DNA of 64,000 nt from Hormiphora californensis (lineage: Eukaryota > Animalia > Ctenophora): positions 3,782,001 through 3,846,000 of the forward strand of contig CM035355.1 of NCBI GenBank assembly GCA_020137815.1. The letters are read 5' to 3'. Positions 35,901 to 47,695 of the stretch are shown here, one piece after another (the stretch's first letter is position 1; every line of letters begins with the position of its first letter). Both the position numbers and the translations under genes were made by a program. The notes beneath the pieces are model-generated. The model was not told the origin of the DNA. It worked only from the letters and a program-made list of their open reading frames with translations, and did no database searches.

Positions 35901-36681
35901 ATTTTCGATTTATGGATCCTGCATTTCAGGATTGTTGTGTGCTAGGAAAGCATCTATAATGTCAGATGGTGAACCAATATACCTGGACAGTCGGTAAGCG
36001 CTGAAGGTATTTAATGGCAGCACTCTGGCACCCATATGTCACCCCCGACATACCGACCAGGAGCAAGCCAAACGTAGGTGACACCTGTAGGATGGAATTA
36101 TTGAATCTTGTTTTGTTCAAACCCGGGGCGCGGGGAGGGAGGGTCGAACAAGGCAAATTGAATCGCTGTGACCCGTCATGTCGCTGTGATCCGGCATCGC
36201 TGTGATCCGTAAAAATGAGAAAAGATCAAGTTCGAACCAATAATATAATTTGTCGGCGTAATTTGTTAAAATTGACCAGCCGCTCCCCCAAACCATGTGG
36301 GGTATGAATTTTATGCAAACAGCTCTCTGTTAATATTGCGTTATTCAAATCTTTCGAGAGATATTTAACGTTATCCTAGTAGCCTCGACGATTTGTCATT
36401 GCGAGGTCGCCCTCTCTTTCTTAGTCATTCTTTTTCGCGGATAATCTCGCCCTCTCTTTCTTAGTCTTTCTTTCTCACCATCTCCCTGCAATCAATAATC
36501 ACCCTACCTTAAAAAATGACCACCACTTGGGTATTTTGTAGCGCCATTCCCCGTTGAAGAGACTCCCAAACTCGAAGGGGGCAGGATCCTGGTCCAGTAT
36601 CAGATCACTTGTCTCGTCGTATGCAGCATCCTTGGTCCTCAGGGGCGGTCGGAGCCCCATATCTGGCTCATGGTCCACCAT
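32999..36681 (-). CDS. EamA/DMT-family transporter, SLC35G-like (approx. exons 36508-36681, 35983-36084, 35650-35819, 35410-35572, 35084-35191, 34662-34803, 33473-33633, 32999-33094)
   Basis: Spliced translation: QVIWVRFLV, FRCLFGIMSFLCSTFAFQRLPVGEVTVIISIAPIFTAIGSKIILKD, GMLGFLAQ, SLVRNIDVVVAFLFQIFMFHEVPS; multiple TM segments. Confidence 0.82.
33820..34092. mobile_element. MITE-like element flanked by (GTGTGACA)-type low-complexity repeats in an SLC35G intron
   Basis: Imperfect TIRs attttattatgcctat..gttgtacctga / tcaggtacaac..ataggcataataaaat; gtgaca-rich tracts at ~33690-33815 and ~34540-34655. Confidence 0.6.
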
Positions 36682-36928
36682 GGTGACGCGACGTGGGTTA
36701 CAGGTGGTCTAGCACGGGGATCAGCTGCAGCTACTTTGGAGTCAACGTCGGCTAAAATGGAGTCGTACCTATAGTTATTGTTAGTGACTTGTTCACAAAA
36801 GTTTTAGTGGATGTATGTTAATTGTTATTGTATAAAGTATAGGAGCTGGGCAAGTCCTTTTGAGATTTAGCAATTCGGGTATTTCATAAGGGATCGCTAA
36901 GTTAGCATTCTAGTCAGACAGTTTCTAA

Positions 36929-37538
36929 GGGCCTGATGAACCAATTTTCAGCTGATGCTAAATACCCTATTTTGAGTAAAATCTCGTGCTAAAAAGTGCC
37001 CTTATGAACCAATGTGCTGCTAAACGCAGTTTTGGCACTAATTTTTAGCATGACCTACCGATTTAGCATGACCTATCTAGAACGACCAATTAGTAGCAGT
37101 TTAGCACGAGGTAAATCGATAGTACGACCTCGAAATACTATGAACCAAACTCAAAAACTTAGTTGCACTTTAGAATTCGGCTAAATCTTTTAGCACGAAC
37201 TAAACGTCAAATTGGCCCCTTTCCAGCGTTCAAACTTTAGCATGAGGTCTTTTGATTTAGCATGGGTACGACCGTGCTAAATCGATGGACTTCGTACTAG
37301 AACTGTCAAAAAATCCTTACAAGTGCAGTATGTTTCACCATCATTCCTGTTTCATTGTATGAGATTATCAGGATAACATAATCCTCTCTCTATGTGCCTA
37401 TCTCTCTATCCCTCTTACTATCTACTATCTATCTTTATCTACCCTATCTATCTATATATCGGTCATCATTCATCTCTCTGACTCTGTCTCTCTGTCTCTG
37501 TCTCTGTCTCTGTCTGTCTCTGTCTGTCTCTCTCTCTG

Positions 37539-37609
<71 letters not shown>

Positions 37610-38242
37610 TTCTCTCCCTCTGTCCCCTCTCTATCTCTCTCTCTTTCTCTCTCTATCTCTATCTCTCTTCCTCTCTCTTCCTCTCTCTCTCCCTTTCCAT
37701 CGCTTGGTCTTGCTCTCTATATCACCTCTGTCTCTCTCTCTCTCCCTCTTTCTCTCTCTTCCTCTCTTTCCCTCTACCAGCCCAGCCCCATTGAAAGTAT
37801 TATAGACAGTGTATCTGGAATATATGTGTGTGAAAAACATCTATAATAATAGCATGGTGCAAGTGATGACAGGTCACATCGAGGGCACACCGAGGGAACG
37901 AGTACCTAATTTGGTAGTATGACGTTTGACCCCCGTCCCCCTTTCCATATATGGGACTCAAACACACGTGTAGTACATGTGACATGACATGTGTTATACC
38001 ACATGGTTTGAACTTTAGCACGACCGTTTGGTTCATAGAATTTTGGCATGTTTCTACTAAACAGAGCTGCTGCTAAATCCAAAAAGAACGAGGTTGGGAA
38101 AAAGTTTTAGTACCAGGGGCCAAAAAATGGTTGGTTCATAACGGATGTGAATTAGCATGAACTTTTGACGTGCTGCTAAATCGTTTAGTAGCAACTAATC
38201 TGACCTCGAACTCTATTTTTTCCAAATTGGTTCATCAGGCCC
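36929..38242. mobile_element. Non-autonomous PIF/Harbinger-type DNA transposon
   Basis: 19-bp TIR gggcctgatgaaccaattt / aaattggttcatcaggccc, 3-bp TAA TSD on both sides, many subterminal tttagca/tgctaaa motifs, internal (CT)n; no transposase ORF. Confidence 0.88.
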
Positions 38243-38420
38243 TAATACAGACAGGGCAATATCTTACTATATACAATGCAGGGTGGCCTAGATAGGTGAC
38301 CCCCATGATGACATTCTGAATTCTATTATTTCAGTCAGATCGGTGAGGATCAGTTCTCACATAGCACCCAGCAGTGCACTGTACGTGATGTGATCACAGA
38401 GAGAGAGAGAGAGAGATAGA

Positions 38421-38466
<46 letters not shown>

Positions 38467-38599
38467 AAAGTTACGATATAATGCGCTGTGTTTCTATCCC
38501 GTCCGTAGGGCGGGTACGGTTTTGCTAGTGTTGACAAATTGAGTCTGTGCGAATAGTAATTAAAATTGGTAACTTGGAATGGCATAAATTAATTTGAAT

Positions 38600-41100
38600 A
38601 AAGCATCCTGAATTTTTTTAATTGAGACAAAAAATGTAAAAATACCCCCGATCTCTTAAATTAAAATTGACCTGAAAATGTCCAAAAAAAATTTTTTTTA
38701 CCCCACACCAAAAAATTTAAAAAAAAATTAAAATTTTGATTTTTAAAAAAAAGCCCAAAAAGCCTTTTTTTTTTTGTTTACTTTTTTTTTTTTTTTTTTG
38801 TTTTTTTTTTAAAAAAAAAATTTTTTTTTTTTTTTTTAAATAAAATTTTTTAAATTTTAAATTTTTTAAAAAATTTTGGTTTTTTTTCTTTTAAAAGGGG
38901 AAAAATTTTACCGGGGGGGGTTGGGTTTTTAAAATTTTTCTTTTATTTTTTCCCTTTGTTTGGGGTCCCTTTTTACAAATCTCAGACCAGGAAAAATTCT
39001 TCGGCCTCGTGTCTTTAGATGTCAAAAACACAATTTCCAGGGGTTTATGAGCTCCGGAACACCGGGAACCTTAATGGGGTTTGAAGAGGGTTTTGAATAG
39101 TCCAAGTGTAAAAATTTTATAACAAATTTTTTTCAGGGTGAACCCAAAGCTTGTAAAGATCCCATATGAACACCCTGTATGTATGACCGACTACATAACA
39201 TAATCTTTCAAATCAAACGGGTAAATAATTTGAAAAACAATCAATTTCGATCTTTTCTAAAATTGAAAAGTAATGAATACCGCAACTATTATAAACGCAC
39301 ACAACTTATCAGCTGATGCGTACAACAACGTGTTTTAGATAGAACAGTCATGATTACAAAACTAACGAGTTCATAACAACGGCAATTTTCTAATTTCCAA
39401 CATCAGTCGATCTAACAACAAAGGTAACTTTCCCCTTTTTTCCCCCCTTTTCCCCTTTTTTTTCTCTTTTCTTTCCCCTCCTCTCCCTTTTTCTCTCCTC
39501 TCTCTCCTCTCTCTCCTCTCTCTCTCTCTTCTCCCTTTCTTTCATTTCATCGTTTCGCGGGGGGCGGGCTATTACTTCCCATCTCTCACCTCTAGATTCC
39601 CTTTGAACTTCTCAGTTCCCCCCAAACCCTAAGGGTCTAGAATCAGCATTGGAACTCAGGAGAGAGAAAGAGGGGTTGGTCATCACATGACAATCGAAAA
39701 GTACAAGTGTGGTTTTTTTTGATTTTTTCTCTCTTCTCTTTTCCCTCCAAATTTTCCTCCCCCCTCCATCTCTCTCCCCCCTCTCTCTTTCTCCTCTTTC
39801 TCTCTCTAAACCCCTTCTCCTTTTTCCCCGGGGTTTTTAACTTATAAAGAAAAGAAAAAGGGGAAAAAAGGTAATAAGAGAGAGAAAGAGAGTGAGAGAG
39901 AAAGAGAAGAGAGAAAAAGAAGGAGGAAGAAGGAGAGAGAGGAGGAAAAAGGACAAAATTTTGGGGTGAGAGGTGATTAGAGCGTGTGTGCTGCTGCAAT
40001 CGTAGGTAGAGCCGGGGTAACCGTCCGTGGTATAAACCCTCGTTCACCTCAAACACCCAAAAAAAAGTTTTCCGAGTTTGGACCAATGGGGTCCTCTGAA
40101 ATTGGTATGACGGACTCAAAGTGTGTGACAGTACAGATAGTCATTAATCCGTGGAGCATCTCTCTCGGGTAATCAGAACAATTATGTTGCGAACACGTGA
40201 TCACCAACACCCCGGGAAAAAAGGAGAGGGGAGAGGGGGAGAGAGGGGGAGGGAAAGGAAGAAGGCTAGGGGGGGAAACTTTTCCCCTTACTTTTTTTTT
40301 CCCCCTTTTTTTTCCTTTTTTTTTTCCCCCCTTTTTTCCCCTTTTTTTAAAAAACCCCCCCCCCCCCCCCAAAAAATTTCCAAAAAAAAAAAATTTTTTA
40401 AAAAAAGGGAAAAAAAAAATTTTTTTAAGGAAAAGGGTAAACGGAGGAAACGGGAAAATATTAAAAAGGGGGGGGAAAAAAATTTTAAGTTGAAAAACTT
40501 TGAAAATGACCAATAGAAAAAAAAAAACAAAAGTGATTTTAAAAAGAGAGTCGGAAAAGGGAAAAAAGTAAAAAGGGGAGAACAGACAAGAAAGGGAAGG
40601 AGGGAGAAAAAGGAAAGAGGGGGAGAGAGAGAGATAGAGAGAAGGGGGGAAAAAAAGGAAAAAAAAGGAGGAAAAAATAATAAACCCCCCCAAAATTAAA
40701 AAATAAATTAGTTTTTTTTTGGGGGTCGGTGGAAAAAGGGGGTTTTAAAGGGGGGAAAAAAAAAGAAAAAGAAAAGGGGGAAGGGGAAAAAATAAGGGGG
40801 AATGGAGGGAATATTTTTTGAAGGGGGAGGAAGGGGAGGGAGGGGGGGAAAAGGGGGGGGGAAAAAAATTGGGAAAACCCGGGGGAAAAAGGAAAAATTT
40901 GGGGGGACGGAACAATCCCCGGTTTGTCCACATTTCACTCTGAGGGAATTAAAAATAAATATCATGGGGGGGGGGAAAAAAATGGGTGAAAAAAATTTTT
41001 AAAGGAGGGAAAAGGGGACAGAATTGGGAATAAAAAATTTGGGATTTGGAAAAAAACTAAAACAGCATTGCATTGGCAAGACACGGATTTATAAATGGGA
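38600..41100. other. Homopolymer-rich low-complexity stretch, probably unpolished long-read sequence
   Basis: Abrupt runs of A/T/G/C unlike the rest of the window; ORFs are F/P/K/G-only. A similar signature occurs at ~24500-26220. Confidence 0.7.
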
Positions 41101-41386
41101 AAAGGAAAGCCTTTTCTTGGATTTGTTTGTTGCCCTCCTGGCATCTGGGACAATCTTTCACAAAAGTAACCAGAACGAAACTATGACTTATACTGTAGTG
41201 TAGTAGAACTGACAGAGAGATATGAGAGAGAAGAGAAAAGGACAACGCCCCATACCCTTACTATCGATAGAGATCACTTTGTGTGTGTGTCTGTGCGTAT
41301 TGGTTATACTTGTCCTCGACAATCCCACAGTACCAATACAACTATATTCTGGGTGAGTAATTTGAGAGCAGAGAGAGAGAGAAGAG

Positions 41387-41469
<83 letters not shown>

Positions 41470-42906
41470 TGCGAGAGAGAGAGAGAGAGTGTGAGAGATA
41501 GAAAAAGAGAGAGGAAAATGGTGGAAGAGAACTATCTGCAGGATTCTGTCCAGCACTGGTCTAGCTCTGCATGGGAGAGTTCGGAGAAGAATAGAATATC
41601 AGGGTGGGTGCGAGGAAGTGTGATTTAAGAGAGAGAGACAGAGTATTGGAGAATGAAAATGATGGAGAGGTGGAAAATCGAAAGACTCATCAGCATCTGC
41701 ATCTGGCAGTAGACACTGGATTGATACTGGACGGTAATTGTCCTGTTCTTGAGATTTGTCTTGTTCGACCCTCACTCTCCGCGCCCCGCGGATTTAAACA
41801 AAATAACTCAAGCGAAATAGTCAGAGAATTTCTAAAGATTTGAGAAACATGGGGTGAGATCCAGGCCCCTCATATTTTAGGGAGAACATGTCCATCCTGT
41901 CAGAGCATTGGCCTGACAGTGTCCATCTTCCCATGACTCATACATATACATACTGCAATGTTTGGGAAGCATAGAGGAGGAGGGAACTAAGATGCCCCCT
42001 AGCATGTTTCGTAGAATGGAAGTAAGAGGAGGAACAACAGAATGAGACCACAGTCAGGCACTACGCCTCAGTGAGTTAGTTCGAGCTTTGACTGAAGCTG
42101 GAAGGGAGATCAAGATATATGAGACCAAATGCACTGATAAATTGTATTGGCCAGCTACTATATACTACCTCGATCGAGAGCTCTAATTTGTATAAACTAC
42201 TCAGTCCCATGGCCTCCCCCCCCCCTCTTAAGAAACGAATGACAAACTCTGACAAGAGTAGGTATTAGCGCGGAGGGGAGGGGGTGATCATTAATTATTA
42301 ACAAACCACACCCCATACACGAGTCTCTCTCTCTAATCTTGCCCTATATGAATATCTGATTTCTCTATCCTTCCCCATCTCTCTCTTGAACCCCCCCTCT
42401 CTCTCTCTCCCTTGAACCCCCTCTCTATATCTCTATCCTCTATCTCTATCTATCTCTCCATGCCTCTCTCTCTCTCTCAGTTCTCTTGACATACGAAATC
42501 AGTCTCTGGTCCCGTGTTCCTTATTAATCTTTGAAATTACAAGAGCCAAGATAAGAGCTCAATACCATTGGTCAATGACCAATTTGGTCATTGTTATATA
42601 TATATATAATTGAAACTATAACTGTCTAGATCCCTCATAGTAAAAATAGAGTATGACTCATAATCTATTTTCATGTAGTTTTAGAAGCTAAAAAACAATC
42701 GGTTTCAGACTTTTTTCGAATTTTTAAAATTTTGAAACAACTCAAATCAAGTCAAAACAAATAAAAATATTATGCGATTTTACGTCTAAAAACCAGCTTT
42801 ACGACAAAAATTGTTTCTAGGTTTAATAATTATTAGTGTAATGGAACATTAAAATCTTTGAAAATAAAGAAAAACAGCTCACTCCAATAACTCAGTCTGT
42901 ACAGTG

Positions 42907-43845
42907 TAGTAGAGGCAATAATTACAGTCACCTCCTCTGATTTCTATGAAACTTCTCCCATGCTAAGAGGTGGCAATAGAGGTTCAAATACCGCAGAGTT
43001 TAAGTCTGAACAATGTTCGGTTCGTTAATTATCGCTAATTGAAAAACGCAAAAATGGCCTAAAATCGCCCTAAGTTCCGAATTGAAATTTTGGAGTTGAG
43101 ACTCCAGACTTCGTAGAGATGTCCGCTAGGATGACAATATGCACCAAAATCGGACGGAAGCCTAAATTCGTCCGAATTCGGTACGAAAAGCCGGGTAGAC
43201 TGATTTTTGGTCACGTGACATGGGTCCAAAATCAGTTTTTTGCCATTTACGCCTTTCCTGTACGTCGGAGACAAAAAATATGGCCAATACTTGTCATTTC
43301 CATCGCTTTCTGCATCTTTTAAGCCCCCTATAAACATCCCTTACTCCAACGGTTCAGAAGTGACGTCATTTAGTCTCCTGAAAAACTCTAACTTCTGAAC
43401 CGTTGAAGTAAGGGATGTTTATAGGGGGCTTAAAAGATGCAGAAAGCGATGGAAATGACAAGTATTGGCCATATTTTTTGTCTCCGACGTACAGGAAAGG
43501 CGTAAATGGCAAAAAACTGATTTTGGACCCATGTCACGTGACCAAAAATCAGTCTACCCGGCTTTTCGTACCGAATTCGGACGAATTTAGGCTTCCGTCC
43601 GATTTTGGTGCATATTGTCATCCTAGCGGACATCTCTACGAAGTCTGGAGTCTCAACTCCAAAATTTCAATTCGGAACTTAGGGCGATTTTAGGCCATTT
43701 TTGCGTTTTTCAATTAGCGATAATTAACGAACCGAACATTGTTCAGACTTAAACTCTGCGGTATTTGAACCTCTATTACCACCTCTTAGCATGGGAGAAG
43801 TTTCATAGAAATCAGAGGAGGTGACTGTAATTATTGCCTCTACTA
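42907..43845. mobile_element. 939-bp foldback palindrome (455-bp arms, 29-bp spacer)
   Basis: 42907-43361 is the reverse complement of 43391-43845 with about 2 mismatches; identical mirror ORFs on both strands in the track. Confidence 0.93.
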
Positions 43846-44257
43846 GTGATAAAACATAAAGCACCTCTGCTAACATCTAAATTAGCTCATTTCTGCAAAT
43901 AATATCACAGACAAATAAATCCAGCTCAAAGAAATATATGTGCCTCTGTGCTAGGAGGGTCTATACAATCAATGAATTCGCACCAGTCTGCTTCATAGAC
44001 AAAGGATATCTACTATCAAGTATAACAGGTTCGGTTCATGACCTCCAGAAGTTTGCAATTTGCATATCTATCAGTGTCATTGATCATATGGTCAAGATCC
44101 ACCCTATTATATAAGGAAGACAAGAGACTCCCACCACGCAGCTACTACTCAACGACCATTGAGTCTAACCAGCTCTATAGTTCCCCTTGACCACTGTTAG
44201 TTTAAAAGAACATGAACAAAACAAGCAGCTCCCCATCATCAGTCAGAAACTACCCAC

Positions 44258-47200
44258 TCAGGGGCACATGGCAGCAAGGCTGGAATTAGAGTCCCGGATA
44301 CCGTCCTGATCACCAACCACCTCCACCCCTCCTCCACCCCCTCCACCATCCTCCACCCCACATATCGGATGGATATCTGAACCCTTCTGGTCACCCCCTC
44401 CTTCCCCTCCTCCCCCCTGACACTTCCTGTATGAGCCACGGAGTTTCCTCATTTGAATGATGGTGGAGCTACCCCCGAACCACTCCTGGATCATGGTGGA
44501 GTTGGTGAAGAGATCTTGGAGTGCCCCGCTGGTGAGACGCAACTTTTGAAGTAGCAGACTCCTGAAACAATGGGGGTGGTGTGTTATATTGCACGTGGTG
44601 GTGAAGGGGAACAGTTTGTACGTGGGGGGTATCATGTGTTTGACAGGGTTAGTAGCTATTCTTTATTAAAGACTTTAAAATGTTTTCGACCGATCTGAGA
44701 TTTAGTGTCAAATTGCATTCTGTGCCAATCTAAGAAAGCTTAAATTAAATTCAACGAAAAAGAAATGAAATTCTAGTGATTCTAGAATATTCAATGGGGA
44801 GTTGCATTCTGTGCCAATCTAAGAAAGCTTAAATTAAATTCAATGAAAAAGAAAAGAATTTCCAGTGATTCTAGAATATTCAATGGGGAGTTTGACGTCA
44901 ATTACGAGCAAGCCCAGGCACTCGTAATCCGTAGAAGAAGAAGAAAAAGAAAGACGTCATGAAATGTTTCTTTCCGTTGAATGCTAGTAATTTAGTTAAC
45001 CTATGAGGAAGTTTGGATTCTAATAAAGTAGAAACAATCAAGTATCAACCGATCCGTATAACGTATTATATCTGCCAATATAGCTCTTTACCTGTAATGT
45101 GAACCCCTCATGTAGTAGAGATAAGGGTTAACGGAGGCATTGAGGTTAATCAGCACATTAAAAAGAAGGAAGTCAATGTTCCATCTCTGGTGACGCGTCA
45201 TTTTCTGCTTGATCTGGACACTCGGGAAGAAATTCTCAACAATGTCGATGTACTGAAAATATAACTTGGTTATCACCACGGGATACGGTCGGGTAGAATG
45301 TGATGCTGGATTGCTGGAATCCAGCAGCTGGATCATGTTGAATTATGATTATAATTATGATTATGATTATGATTATAATTATGATTATGATTATGATTAT
45401 GATTATGATTATGATTATAATTATGATTATGATTATCAACTGGATATGAAATGCATACCTGCCAGAACCACAATGGGAAAGTACACGAGGCGAAGACCAC
45501 TGCCACCACTGCTACTGTTACAGCACTGCTAGTCTTGTTACTCTTTGAAGGATATCCCCCACTCTGAAGAAAGGGTTCAATTAATGGAAACATAGAGGTG
45601 TTATTGATGATACTGATAGTATCCCATGTAAGGGATAATATGCCATTAGGGCATTAGGGTGTGCAGTGGCCGGGATCGCTAGAACACAACAACAACCTGT
45701 TACTGCATGATACACCACAAACTTGTGTGTCACTGATCACTATGGTAACATGGTCTGCAACAGTACAATTAATTAACTAATTAATCAATTAATTAATATT
45801 AATCTACCTGCATGGAGTAGTAAGCAGTCTGTTTGCTCTGCTTAATTATCTCCTTTATCACCCGGGAGCATGTGAGAATGATGATAACTGCATTGAGCAG
45901 AGTGGGAATTATAGCAAATGCAAAAACAAGGATTCCCCAGGCCCAGTGATTCATACCGACCACTTTGAGAGTACATGATGCTATTGCAGGGTGGTAGTCG
46001 TACCTGGAATTGGGAGGGGCGTGAGTTTTGTAACATTCTACTGCAGCAGTACAGCAGTACAGCATCCTGTGTTTTTCAAGACAAACAACACTTGCGTACA
46101 CCCACATGTACTCTGGAATCTGGAGACTAACCGGGTCTGACTGAGATCCAAGATGTAAAGTCCGGTAAGAACAAGATGGGGGAAGGCGTTATACAGCCAG
46201 GATATAATCAGAACTTGATAGATCAGCCGCTTTTTTAATTTCCGAAATGGATACGCAAAACTGTACCACCTGCGAAATAAATTGGGATTCATTTACATTA
46301 TATTTGATTTTGTTATTGCGTACAAAGCTTCAAGCCCCCCCCCCTTCAAGCTAGTTTGGCTGTGGTTCGACGGTTTAACCACCAACAATTAAAGCGCTAG
46401 CTCTAATTCTAGTTGCACATGTCCCAGGGTACAATATAGTTACCTAGTTTAGCTTAGATTAGATTAGGTTACCTAGCTAACTAAGCTAATCTCGGGAGAG
46501 AATATAAAATCGCATACATATCGATCCTTTAGCCTAACAAAAAGTAACGTACTCAAACAATCTACTCGAGGAACCGGCCCTTTCAACCCCGAGCACCGAA
46601 AAAGTGGGGTCCTATTGTACTACAAACTGCAGCAGAACGTACCTTGCCATGCACTAACTGCCCACGTACAAACCCCACATACCTCGCCATGCAGAGAATA
46701 CTAATGATGGTACTGGACATGAGGGGACCAGTATCAAATATAATTCCCTGTACAGTACACATGACTGGGTTGGAAAGTAGAGTTCCGTTCTCCGCCCTGT
46801 TCTCAAATAGGGCAGCTGTAGTAGAGGACATGGCTGAAAAGTAATTAGATAATTAACTAATTACTAATTTGAGGTACTGACAATATATGAATACATGTTT
46901 CTCTGGCTCATCCTAACTTATTTCTAACTTATTTCTAGCTATCTGTCTGGCGCCGCCGACCCCATCTGAGCGCACTGTCAAATTGGGGTATGGCGCCGCC
47001 AGACAGCTAGCTATATCAACTTACTGATGAGGGCAATTAGAAAATCACAGATGCTCAGGTTTAGGTATAGTACCGTGAGGTAGTTTTTCAGGTAGGAGCT
47101 CCATACAAATATGGCCAACAGATTTCCTGTGATGTAGATTGAAATGAAAGATTGAAAGAGGTTAAAACTTAAAATTCTGCGGATTGTTTTGCAATTTAAT

Positions 47201-47695
47201 GTTTCATTCAACTGGTTCTGTGTCGAGACTATTCCAATTAGCTACTTCTCTTATATAAAATGCAAGTAGACAGTTGTTTGATCGGATAACTGTTTATTAG
47301 CCTCATGTTTGATTGTCAGAGTTTTTATTATTCTCGCTGGGCTTAACGAATGAAACAGACGGGTATAATTGTCGCGACAATTATACCCATCTGTTTCATT
47401 CGTTAAGCCCAGAGAGAATAATAAAAACTCCGACAATTAAAATGCAAGTAACAGAGAAAAACTATTTAAATATAAAATGCCAAGTGATACTCTGCAGATT
47501 TTTATCGATTTTATCAATTTCAAAAGTTCACTCACCAGTAAGCGCAAGAAAGGTTGCGATAGAATAGCAGACACCGTACGCAGTATTCTCTGCGTCAGAG
47601 AATGAATCGTTGTAAGGGTTCGAAGGGGCTCCTCGAGTGGTGAACAGCTCTTTTGTAGTCGCAAAAAGCTCTGGTGCTGGCTCAGAACTTGTCAT
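44258..47695 (-). CDS. Rhodopsin-class (class A) orphan GPCR (approx. exons 47535-47695, 47024-47128, 46642-46836, 45808-46270, 45459-45563, 45092-45327, 44258-44562); one frameshift in exon 4
   Basis: TM1 GN, TM2 LNLSICD, TM3 C..QG..MARWY (DRY variant) then YPF, TM4 W, TM6 CTFP, TM7 NASVNPYLY. Confidence 0.82.
45340..45436. repeat. (ATGATT/ATAATT)n microsatellite forming most of a GPCR intron
   Basis: Direct tandem repeat. Confidence 0.95.
46942..47006. mobile_element. Small MITE-like element; second copy at 49100-49178
   Basis: ctgtctggcgccgc...ccatctgagcgcactgtc...aaattggggt.tggcgccgccagacag in both places. Confidence 0.7.
47311..47437. repeat. ~127-bp near-perfect palindrome in GPCR intron 1
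   Basis: Centred on tcgcga at 47372-47377; mirror ORFs in the track. Confidence 0.9.

Noticed and set aside
38600-41100. F/K/P/G-rich ORFs
   Set aside because: Products of homopolymer runs, probably low-quality sequence.
41500-42130. Possible degraded coding sequence on the minus strand (NYRPVSI RT-like; CMSHG caspase-like)
   Set aside because: Isolated short motifs with stops in all frames; cannot support a call.
43059-43693. Identical 92-aa and 67-aa ORFs on both strands
   Set aside because: Mirror products of the palindrome; no transposase motifs.
45092-45160. Opsin
   Set aside because: The position equivalent to retinal-binding Lys296 is Asn (INLNASVNPYLY).
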